Part shown: positions 1 to 9,044 of the stretch, one piece after another
Position numbering within the stretch: the first letter of the stretch is position 1
How the letters are laid out: the number at the start of each line of letters is the position of its first letter
Source: Octopus sinensis
Lineage: Eukaryota
DNA length: 15,490 nucleotides
NCBI RefSeq assembly: GCF_006345805.1
Contig: NW_021825498.1
Coordinates: forward strand, 1-15,490
Direction: 5' to 3'
Translations under genes and position numbers: made by a program
Notes under the pieces: generated by a model
The model's database searches: none
Seen by the model: the letters and a program-made list of their open reading frames with translations, nothing else
What the model was told of the DNA's origin: nothing

Positions 1-173
1 ACATAAATTTACTTTCAGTTTCATGCAAATATTTCCAGTCTGATCTCATCTCTAGACAAAACATATGAGTTAATCATTTTGCCCTTTTCCCTGACGCAGT
101 AATTTCTGGAGAGGTTAACGATAGCGAACTTTTGAGGTTTTTCTCATCTAATTAGTAATTTAATATTCGTGAA

Positions 174-484
174 GGCGTTTCGTGAAGTGATTAAAGTATT
201 CGAATCGCGATCGTGCGGTTGTGAGTTCGCATCCCGCTGATGCATTGTATCCTCGAGTAGAACACTTTATTTCACCGCTCCAGTCTACTCAGCTGAAAGA
301 AATGAGTAGTATCTGTAGTTGAAAGGACCAACCTTCTTTGTATGTCACTCTGACTATCCCTGTGAACTACATTAAAAGTACGTGTCTGCGGAGTGCTCAG
401 CCACTTGCACATTGATTTCATAGACAGTCTGTTCCTTTGATCGTATCTACTGGAACATTTGTCGCCGTAACCGACGAACTGCCA
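174..484 (+). mobile_element. tRNA-derived SINE, diverged copy (same family as 4677-4998)
   Basis: It has a degenerate A box and a B-box-like GAGTTCGCATCCC (223-235). The body shares blocks with 4677-4998, e.g. CTCAGCCACTTGCACATT(G/A)ATTTCA and GATCGTATC...TCGYCGTAACCGACG. Confidence 0.8.
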
Positions 485-765
485 TTTAATTTTAGCCTTC
501 ATATCGTTGTCCAAGACTTCCGGTAATTTTTAATTTTTGTTGCCTTCTGAAACATATAGTTGATAGAATCGAAGATATATACAAGTCGTACCTATTTCTA
601 GAATAAGTTAGTATGTCAAAATAAATATTGATTTCTTTTGAACTAAACACATTTTCTTGTAAACCGATTCAAAAGTAAACCGATTCAAAATGTCACATAT
701 TTCTGTTTTTAGATAATAATTATTGTCTATATATATTTATTCGTCTTTGTAAATGTCGTCGTCAG

Positions 766-838
766 GTCTTCCAGCTGTCATTGTCGCAATTACTCTGGCA
801 ATTAACCACACAAACAATTACATCAGAATTGCGGACGT
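766..838 (+). CDS. Adhesion-type GPCR exon (TM4 to ECL2): (G)LPAVIVAITLAINHTNNYIRIADV
   Basis: Acceptor is gtcag| (AG 764-765) and donor is |gtaagt (839-844). The exon ends in phase 2 (GT) and joins the C at 2265 to give GTC=V, followed by CWL. The peptide fits the family B/adhesion GPCR TM4 pattern (W)G.P..IV. Confidence 0.85.
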
Positions 839-1051
839 GTAAGTATTTCTGAGTTTTACCCACTTAATTTCCTCTGCTCTTCACCATTTCTATTTTGCTA
901 GGCTTATCAATAGTTTCAATGTTGCCATCAAGCTTTCATTCATGCTGAGCATAATATACACTAAAATAACACTCCACCGTGATGTATGAATTTGATAATA
1001 TAAATTCAATCTACCCACCTGAAAGCAATGGAACTTTTAATTCCTTTTTAT

Positions 1052-1085
1052 TATATATATATATGTGTGTGTGTATGTGTGTGTG

Positions 1086-1117
<32 letters not shown>

Positions 1118-1148
1118 GTGTGTGTGTGTGTGGTGTGTGTGTGTGTGC
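1052..1148. repeat. Compound (TA)n/(TG)n microsatellite
   Basis: Directly visible; it generates the spurious CV/HT-repeat ORFs at 979-1253. Confidence 0.95.
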
Positions 1149-1150
1149 GT

Positions 1151-1450
1151 GGAGGCGCAATGGCCCAGTGGTTAGGGCAGTGGGCTCACGGTTGTAGGAA
1201 CGCGGTTTCGATTCCCAGACCGGGCGTTGTGAGTGTTTATTGAGTGAAAACACCTAAAGCTCCACGAGGCTCCGGCAGGGGGTGGCGACCCCTGATCTAC
1301 TCTTTCGCCACAACTTTCTCTCACTCTTTCTTCTGTTGGCCTGCTCGCTTAGCCAGCGGTGTGGCATCATTTGGAGGCTAAAACAATGCGAAGCGCATTG
1401 TGACCAGTGATGTGTAGCAACATCTGATAGCCTGGTCGGTCATGGTGATA
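1151..1450 (+). mobile_element. tRNA-derived SINE (family distinct from the others in the window)
   Basis: A box TGGCCCAGTGG (1161-1171) and B box GGTTTCGATTCCC (1204-1216) are followed by a non-tRNA body ending in a TA tail. The copy is embedded in microsatellite. Confidence 0.85.
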
Positions 1451-1959
1451 TATATAGTATTGTTGTTATACATACATACATACAAGCATATGTAACGATA
1501 ATAATAAGTGGATGTAAACACATGAACAAAATAAGAATAAACAAAAACAACAACAAAAACAAATTACATGCACGTATATAAACAGAAGATACAAATATTA
1601 CAGGCATCCCCCCCACACACTAAATAAACATAGACGCACATAGAGATATAAGCATGCGCAAATGAAGACATACAATAAAAATACAAAATGGCTGACGGTT
1701 AGTAAGGAGAGACACAAATAAGAAAGAAGAAAACAAAGGACCACTGATGCGGTCACAGGAGTGTGACGAAAGAACTCTGGCAGAAATAAGATTAAGATTA
1801 ATGTAAAAAATAAATAACACTGAAGCGAAATAACACCGAATATATAGTGCGTGTGTTTCTATTGGCTAAACTGGCAAAATGACCATTCGGAAATATAACA
1901 ATATCTGTTTCAACAGACGACCTCACATAAAAAAATCTTGCACAACAAATATACAAACG

Positions 1960-1987
1960 TATATATATATCTATATATATATATATA

Positions 1988-2030
<43 letters not shown>
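1960..2030. repeat. (TA)n microsatellite
   Basis: Directly visible. Confidence 0.95.
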
Positions 2031-2035
<5 letters not shown>

Positions 2036-2264
2036 CATACATTTATATAAAGTGGTTTCTGTAGGCACTATGTGACAATATGTGTTTGTGTGCGTTTTAA
2101 ATTGTCTTGATACTGAAGTTTTTTTTTATGAATACCTTAGTTAATGTGAAATACGGCAAGATTGCGCATGATATTTCGTTTTGTTTCAGATCAAAATCAT
2201 CTCATTTTATTAACTGGACATTTGTTAAATTTCCGTTGTTAATTAATTCCCTATCTCTTTTTAG

Positions 2265-2623
2265 CTGCTGGCTATCCAAGGTGTCTTTCTACGTCGCTTT
2301 CCTGGCTCCTGTGGTGGCCATTCTCCTCTTCAACTTTATCGTGATTTTTCTCGCTATCTGTCGACGTAGCTCAAAGAAAAGTGACGAGCAGTCTGAACAC
2401 GAAATAAAGAAAATGCGTGTTTTTGGCATCTTTAGTGTGACCATCTTGTTCGTGTTATCTTGGGTCATAGCATTCATCGCTGAGGAAGAAGGAGTTGGAG
2501 TGTTTCACATACTCTTCATTATCTTCAATATCCTTCTCGGAATGTTTATCTTCATATTCTACTGTATATACAAGAAAGATGCCAGAGATGCCATTTCCTC
2601 ATATGCAATGAGAGCCAATAAAA
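2265..2623 (+). CDS. Adhesion-type GPCR exon (ECL2 CWL, TM5, TM6, TM7, start of C-tail)
   Basis: Acceptor is ctctttttag| (AG 2263-2264) and donor is |gtgagt (2624-2629). Translation: CWLSKVSFYVAFLAPVVAILLFNFIVIFLAIC...FGIFSVTILFVLSWVIAF...FHILFIIFNILLGMFIFIFYCIYKK. It has three hydrophobic helices with the CWL, F..PV..IL..N, L..W and FN.L.G.FIF.FYC patterns of adhesion GPCRs. Confidence 0.9.
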
Positions 2624-2738
2624 GTGAGTGCAATTTTATATTTCTTATTTCTACCACTACCATAACCAAAACCGATATGTCACATTGGGGCTAATCACAA
2701 ACACCAACATAAACCATTGTCAACATCGTAATCATCTG

Positions 2739-2742
<4 letters not shown>

Positions 2743-2806
<64 letters not shown>
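2743..2806. repeat. (TA)n(TG)n microsatellite
   Basis: Directly visible. Confidence 0.95.
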
Positions 2807-2807
<1 letters not shown>

Positions 2808-2844
2808 TAGAAGTATTTGGGGTGATGTACAGATTTAGTACATT

Positions 2845-3044
2845 TGAAAGAAAAAAGGTGTTCAGAATGCTGGATGGTTAGAAAAATATATATTTATTTA
2901 CATATCACATATTATTTCTTCATATTAGCGCTTCCAACTACTCCTGTAGTTTCACCAGCGCTAATATGAAGAAATAATATATGATATGTAAATAAATATA
3001 TATTTTTTACAAACATCAAGCATTCTGAACACCTTTTTCTTTCA
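2845..3044. repeat. 200-bp foldback palindrome (MITE-like): 88-bp arms, 24-bp spacer
   Basis: The left arm (2845-2932) is the reverse complement of the right arm (2957-3044), with about 6-7 differences by eye. The spacer holds its own AACTAC-tcct-GTAGTT hairpin. Confidence 0.9.
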
Positions 3045-3080
3045 TATACACACACACACATATATACATACATATATATA

Positions 3081-3160
<80 letters not shown>

Positions 3161-3178
3161 GTGTGTGTATGTATATAT
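3045..3178. repeat. (CA)n/(TA)n/(TG)n microsatellite
   Basis: Directly visible. Confidence 0.95.
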
Positions 3179-3383
3179 GTAAATTATAAATTAGGGTATC
3201 TACGAGATACCAGCATGCTGAAAGTAGCAGCTATGATCTGACTCTAAAACCACCTTAACTGTCCATATAATTATCACCTTTGAAGGTTATTTTTTCCAAG
3301 CTGGCTACTTGATAAAATCGTTATTTTATTATGTATATATATGTATGTTTATATGTATGTGTGAGTGTGTATGTATGTGCATA

Positions 3384-4010
3384 CAGGTTGAGATGTTTAA
3401 GCTATCTTCTAAATTAGGCAAAAATGAAAATAATACGGACACATCATTTTAACTGATAATCACCAGAATTACATACAAATATTTTGAAAGACCCAATCTA
3501 TTCAACAAATTCGCCATTGGCTTCAACGACGGTCTCCAGATGACTTCAAAATCGCCTGCAACTCTTCTGGACGGTCGCCTTGTTAAGTTGGTGAATGCTG
3601 CCATAATCCTTGCCTTCAGTTCATCTTTGGTGTGACAGGGAGTTTTGTTGATCCGTCACTCAACTGCGCCCCACACATAATAATCAAGTGGGCTGCAATC
3701 TGGGACGTTAGACGGCCAGATGGTAGGGGTGATGTGGTCGCATAAATTTCCTGACATCCATTACTGGGTTCTGTTTGTGCGACAAGATGCAGAGTCCTGT
3801 TGCCAGACATGGAGAGTCTTCCAGCAACTGCGCTTTTTACACAAGGTATCACTAACTTCTACAGATACTTGAGGCCGTGCCAGAAGACAAATGGAGGCAT
3901 AACTTCGCCATCACTAGTGATCACTCCAAACACCATGATGTTGACTGAATGACAACTCTGGGTAAATGTTACTACTGGAACTTCCGGGGCGAATGCCAGG
4001 CAGAACAGCA
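3384..4010 (-). mobile_element. Decayed, 5'-truncated Tc1/mariner (DDxD, maT-like) transposon fragment
   Basis: The minus-strand translation gives NIMVFGVITSDGEVMPPFVF, then after a frameshift VWQQDSASC...WPSNVPDCSPLDYYVWGAV (D codons at 3794-3796 and 3683-3685). It contains stops and frameshifts. A putative terminal TA|CAGGTTGAG lies at 3382-3392. Confidence 0.88.
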
Positions 4011-4156
4011 TGTCGTTTCCAAAGTTCCCGGGTGCGTGAATTGTGTTGTAATCACTAACTGAACCTACTTTAATGCTCAGTCGACAAAATCTAGGACAAA
4101 AATGCGCTAAATTAGAAAAATATAAAACGCCGAGAATTCAACCCTTGCACCCTGTA

Positions 4157-4194
<38 letters not shown>

Positions 4195-4195
<1 letters not shown>

Positions 4196-4601
4196 TTTTT
4201 TTACTTCTTTCAGTCATTTGACTACGGCCATGTTAGAGCACCGCCTTTAGTCGTGCAAATCGACCCCGGGACTTACTCTTTGTAAGCCCAGTACTTATTC
4301 TATCGGTCTCTTTTGCCGAACCGCTAAGTGACGGGGACGTAAACACACCAGCATCGGTTGTCAAGCAATGCTAGGGGGACAAACACAGACACACAAACGC
4401 ACACACACACACACATATATATATATATACATATATACGACAGGCTTCTTTCAGTTTCCGTCTACCAAATCCACTCACAAAGCATTGGTCGGCCCGGGGC
4501 TATAGCAGAAGACACTTGCCCTTAGATGCCATGCAGTGGGACAGAACCCGGAACCATGTGGTTGGTTAGCAAGCTACATACCACACAGCCACTCCTGCAC
4601 C
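4195..4601 (-). mobile_element. Full-length bipartite tRNA-derived SINE with internal (CA)n(TA)n tract; intact reference copy
   Basis: The minus-strand head GCAGGAGTGGCTGTGTGG...GGGTTCTGTCCC (A/B-box-like) spans ~4438-4601. The internal microsatellite is at ~4400-4437. The tail (4195-4400) contains CCGATAGAATAAGTAC and ends ...AAATGACTGAAAGAAGTAAAA. Confidence 0.88.
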
Positions 4602-4676
4602 TGTATACATATATATATATAGATAGAGAGAGAGAGAGAGAGGGAAAGAGAGAGAGATAGAGTGGGGGAGATAGAA

Positions 4677-4998
4677 GACGCGTGGCTTAGTGGTTTGGGT
4701 ACTTTGCTCACGATCGTAAGGACATGAGTTCAATCCCTGGCGAGGCGTTGCGACCTTGAGCAAGATTTTATTCCATGTTGCCCCAGTCCAATCAGCTGAC
4801 AAAAATCAGTTGTACCTGTATTTCAAAGGGGCCGGATTTGTCACATTCTGTGTAAGGCTGAATCTCCCTAAGAACTGCGTTAATGTTTACAAGTGTCTGT
4901 GTAGTCCTCAGCCACTTGCACATTAATTTCACGAGCAAGCTGTTCCGTTGATCGTATCAGCTGGGACCCTCGTCGTCGTAACCGACGGAGTGCTCCCC
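4677..4998 (+). mobile_element. tRNA-derived SINE (same family as 174-484)
   Basis: A box TGGCTTAGTGG (4683-4693) and B box GAGTTCAATCCC (4726-4737); the body aligns with 174-484. Confidence 0.85.
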
Positions 4999-5407
4999 CG
5001 TTATATTTCTATAGATAATTGTGCATGAAATTTAAACACAGCCATAAACAGAACAATGTAAAGTCTTCACTGTGCCATAGATAGATATATGTAAAACATA
5101 CATCCACAGAATAGAACTAAGAAGTTTCTCATATTTTCCCTCTCAACTTGCCCAGTTTTTCTGGAAGATATTCCTGAACCAATATTGTCAGGATTGTACA
5201 TCATATTCCTCATAATTAAATTCTCAATACTAGTTTCTGTAATTAATGTAAATTATGTCTTTGAATATAAATTGTGTATGATTCTTCTATAATTCATATG
5301 TTTAACGTATGGGGAAATAGCAGATGACAATTGGGGTTATATATAAAACATAAGGGCTTGGGTTATTTTACTTTATTTTATACAAGTTTTTCTCATTGTG
5401 TTTCCAG

Positions 5408-5460
5408 GTTCAAATTCTGGTAATAAAACAGATGTTGGAACAGCAGAGAAGAGAACATAA
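5408..5460 (+). CDS. Probable terminal coding exon of the adhesion GPCR: (S)SNSGNKTDVGTAEKRT*
   Basis: A long pyrimidine tract ends tgtttccag| (AG 5406-5407). It is phase-compatible with the phase-1 donor at 2624 (A+GT=S) and stays open to TAA at 5458-5460. There is no homology support, and intermediate exons cannot be excluded. Confidence 0.5.
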
Positions 5461-5897
5461 TTAAGAATATAAAAAATTTATGTCTTTGAGAATCTTCTTT
5501 TCTTCATATATTACATTAAACATGCTTGCATAAAAGAGAACTTCATTTTTATCTATCAATACAACACTACGAAACTTAAACACTTTATAAACTGAAATGT
5601 ACTTTAAACCTTCTTATTTTCTGTAACTCACAAAATCTAACATCATATGGTTTGATTTGTAATTCTATAGATAATTTCTAACTGCCAATTTTCACTACTA
5701 ATTTTCAATATAATCTTTAACTTTTATTAACGAAGAAGTAAATGTGGTTTCTTAATACAATATGTTTTGTTTTTATTTGAAACATCGTTATATTCTACTG
5801 TAAGTTCAAATAACGCATGGGGAGAGAGAGAGAGAGAGACAGACAGTCAGACAGACAGACAGAGTGATTTCGTCAGTTACTAATTACTCCACTAAAA

Positions 5898-5958
5898 TCC
5901 ACGTCACCATCTCTTCAGTTATCCGTTGGCCGTATAACTGAATAGATGGTAGCGTGGA
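5898..5958. other. 61-nt near-perfect hairpin
   Basis: TCCACG/CGTGGA, ACCATCT/AGATGGT and TTCAGTTAT/ATAACTGAA pair in register. The stem has 28 positions with 3 mismatches and 1 G-T. Confidence 0.8.
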
Positions 5959-6035
5959 ATTCCACCTCGGCATCCGAAATTCGGAGTTTTATCTTGGCTA
6001 CCGAATACTTGTCACATATTACATTTACAGATGTA

Positions 6036-7729
6036 TCTCTCTATATATGAAACTTAGAATGTGTGTCTGTCTGTCTGTCTGTCTGTGTGTTTCCCTAAAA
6101 CTTGAGAACTACACAACCAATTTCATTCAAATTTTACACATGCCTTACTTAGGGTACGGGGAGTGTCATCGGCAAAAATTCTTAACTTTTTCCCTAGGGC
6201 GACCCCACAGCAATATCATATCTTCTCCACTGCGATTCCCAAAAATTTGAGAACTACAGAACCAATTTCATTCACATTTTACACATGCCTTACTTAGGGT
6301 CCATGTAGTTTCATGGGCAAAAAAAGTTCAACTTCTTGCCTAGAGCGAGCCCATAGCAATACCATATTTTCTCCACTATTTCAGTATTACGTGTTAAAAG
6401 TGAAACAAAAACATTTCTCTATTTTCTGTCAGATACTTTCACTTTAACAATGAAAATAATAATAACCATTGAATTATATGTAGTAAGTAATACTTAAAAT
6501 CAAACTAAAGTATAATATAATCGTAACATAACAAAAGTAAAATAGCAATTGGTATAAAATTGCATCAATGACTTGAACTTGAATAAGTGGTTTCACATGA
6601 ATAGGAATAAATTAAAAATAAAATTAGCGTGCAGAAATGGAATAGTCCAGATGGAGCTGTGCTTTTTTTTAGATTATCTGCTAATTAGCTAGCATTAAGT
6701 ATCTATATGAAGTTTGGCTGTATGTAATATCTGTTTTCTGGAACAGCCACTCCTACAGAGTACTGCTATTGGTTTATTTCTTATACATAAAGGACCAAAG
6801 CTTCAACTGCTTACTGCTTTCTGTTTCATCGTAAAGTTTGTTGTTATTATTATTACTGTTTAACTATTGTTATCACGTTTGTTGGTTCCTCGTAAAGGAA
6901 ACATTGTTGTGTTGCATTTGTTAAATAATTGTAAACTGGGAGAAGGAGCTTTGGTCATTGTTTAAAAATTGAATTGTGTCCCTGCTTGGGGAAATTGACA
7001 ATACTTTCTCCGTTTACACGGAAGCATTTTTGTTAGAATGCCTTCGATAGAAGAAAGTCCAAAAGTGAATTTCGCTGCAGCCGTCGGTGGGCGCGAAGTC
7101 ATTGAAATTAAAATGGAAGAAATATGGATTAATTACCGACAAAGACGGTGTATCTAGGATAACACCACCAAATGAAATACGAAATTAAATTAAAGAAAAG
7201 ACTATTGTCTATAAAGTATATAATGTAGAGAAAAAAGATTTGGACACCTGGAGGATAGCACCATCCAAAAGTGTCTTGCTGCGACTATGAAAGATATCTA
7301 ACTAGAGGCGGTAAGTTCGCCACAGTAGAAGCAAGGTTCGAGTCAACGGAGCGTGCAAGGGAGTACTCGACTTGAACCTTGCAAAGTGGAAATATTTTAT
7401 TTTTGCCTTTATATCTGGGATGTAGTACGTCCCGGAAAAAATTTTAAAATGCCCCCCAGAAGTAGATGTAGGCTGGATTGTAGCCACACTTCTATACAAG
7501 AGGGAGATCAAGATATAATTGATTGAAATTGCAAGAGAAGGGCCTACAATTCCAGTTTGTTATATATTTTGAGTACTGTTATCACTAGCGATATAAAGAT
7601 ATAACTTTGTATTTTGTATTTTATGTGTATATGTATATGTATAGATGTACATGTAATATGTACACATATATATACACATATATACAAGTACTAGCACTAT
7701 GACCGGGCAACGACGGGTCATTGTGCTAG
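6036..7729 (+). mobile_element. Non-autonomous Helitron, copy A
   Basis: The 5' end is A|TC at 6035/6036, followed by a (TCTG)n tract. The 3' end is a GC-rich hairpin (GACCGGG-CAACG-ACGGGTC) then CTAG|T at 7726-7730. The target is an A|T dinucleotide with no TSD, which fits Helitron terminal rules. Confidence 0.75.
7038..7575 (+). pseudogene. Decayed reading frame inside Helitron A (captured fragment, possibly retroelement ORF1/gag-like N-terminus)
   Basis: Pieces join across about 4 frameshifts: MPSIEESPKVNFAAAVGGREVIEIKMEE / KYGLITDKDGVSRITPPNEIRN*IKEKTIVYKVYNVEKK / RFGHLEDSTIQKCLAATMKDI / YLTRGGKFATVEARFESTERAREYST*TLQSGNILFLPLYLG / PPEVDVGWIVATLLYK. The family identity is only my impression. 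Confidence 0.4.
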
Positions 7730-7786
7730 TATTATAATATATATAATATATTTAATATAACATATTATAATAATACATATATGTTA

Positions 7787-8720
7787 TCTCTATATATATA
7801 AAACTGAGAATATGTGTCTGTCTGTCTGTCTGTGTGTTTCCCTTAAACTTGAGAACTAAATTTTGAGAATCAAATTTCACACATGCCTTACTTAAGGTCC
7901 GGGGAGAGTCATCAGCAAAACAATCTTAACTTTTTCCCTAGGGTGACCCCACAGCAATATCATATCTTCTCCACTATTTCAGTATTACGTGTTAAAAGGG
8001 AAACAAAGACGTCTCTCTTTTGTAATGCAGGCACTTTCATTATAATACTGAAACTATTAAAGTGAAAGTATTATATAACAGGGATGAACCATTGATAGTG
8101 GTCTCATCCTTTTGCTAGAAGAAGATCCGCTATGGTATATGCTACACCACTGGTTTTCAATTCATATTAATCAAATTAATATTCAATTTTTCACCTTATT
8201 ATGTGTGTTGTGTGTATTAGCAATTCGTATAAAATTGCATCAATGACTTGAACGTGAATAAGTGGTTTCACATAAATCGGGATAAATAAAAAAGGTTTGA
8301 TGTTATTATTATTACTGTTTGACTATTGTAATCACGTTTGTTGGTTCCTCGTCAGGGAAAAGTTGTTGCGTTGCATTTGTTAAATAATTGTAAACCTTAA
8401 CCCCCGCCTTTTCGGTTATTGTTTAAAAACTGAATTGTGTCCCTGTTTGGGGAAATTGACAATAGTTTCACCGTCTTTGCCGAAGCATTTTTGTTAAAAT
8501 GCCTTCGATAGAAGAAAGTCCAAAACTGAATTTCGCTGCAGCCGTACACTTCTATACAAGAAGGAGGACAAGATCCAATTGATCGAAATTGCAAGAGACG
8601 GGCCTACAATTCCAGTCTGTTATATATATTGAGTACTGTTATCACTAGCGATATCAAGATATAATTGTGTATTTTGTATTTTATGTGTAGATGTATACAT
8701 ATATATAGATGTACATGTAA
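7787..8720 (+). mobile_element. Non-autonomous Helitron, copy B (tandem relative of A, internally deleted, no 3' terminus seen)
   Basis: The A|TC start at 7786/7787 is followed by the same (TCTG)n head as A. It has colinear homology to A through ...GTACACATATATAT (~8730). It lacks A's ~6233-6377, ~6630-6830 and ~7085-7485. Confidence 0.8.
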
Positions 8721-8805
8721 TATGTACACATATATATATACACATATACATGCATACTATATCTACCCATACACACATACGCACGCACACACACACATCC
8801 ATAGG

Positions 8806-8938
8806 GGCAGGTGTGGCTGTGTGGTAACAAACTACGTTCCAAACACACGGCCCTGGGTTTAGTCCCACTGTGTGGTGACTTGGGATGTGTCTTCTGCTGT
8901 AGCCTCAGACCAACAAAATCATTCTCAGAAGATTTTGT
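8806..8938 (+). mobile_element. Head half of the bipartite SINE (diverged); tail displaced to 12385-12582
   Basis: GCAGGTGTGGCTGTGTGGTAA...GGGTTTAGTCCCACTG...GTGTCTTCTGCTGTAGCC aligns with the reverse complement of 4438-4601. Confidence 0.8.
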
Positions 8939-8952
8939 ACATATATACAGGC

Positions 8953-8967
8953 ATACACACACACACA

Positions 8968-9043
<76 letters not shown>
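8953..9043. repeat. (CA)n(TA)n microsatellite (internal tract of the split SINE)
   Basis: Directly visible. Confidence 0.95.

Positions 9044-9044
<1 letters not shown>

Noticed and set aside
659-690. Perfect 16-bp tandem duplication GTAAACCGATTCAAAA x2
   Set aside because: It is a two-copy slippage duplication in an intron with no functional signal.
1151-1225. tRNA gene (also 174-240 and 4677-4745)
   Set aside because: A/B boxes are present, but there is no complete cloverleaf and each continues into a repeat body, so these are SINE heads.
979-1253. Overlapping ORFs rich in CV/HT/YI repeats (likewise 1879-2064, 2628-2810, 4073-4285, 8620-9069, 12207-12413, 12827-13015)
   Set aside because: These are translations of (TG)n/(CA)n/(TA)n microsatellites and SINE sequence.
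2188-2189. Alternative acceptor tttgtttcag|
   Set aside because: It would insert 25 non-receptor-like residues before CWL. The acceptor at 2264 joins cleanly to the upstream exon.
2107-2694. 195-aa ORF as a complete single-exon protein
   Set aside because: Only 2265-2623 looks like receptor. The flanks lie beyond good splice sites and are intronic read-through.
4601-4677. Head-to-head SINEs as a bidirectional Pol III promoter
   Set aside because: Two unrelated SINEs flanking a microsatellite is expected at this repeat density, and there is no further evidence.
8080-8118. Hairpin GGATGA-ACCAT...GTGGT-C-TCATCC followed by CTAG inside Helitron B
   Set aside because: It is followed by A rather than T, is not GC-rich, and homology to copy A continues beyond it. 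This is insufficient to call a terminus.
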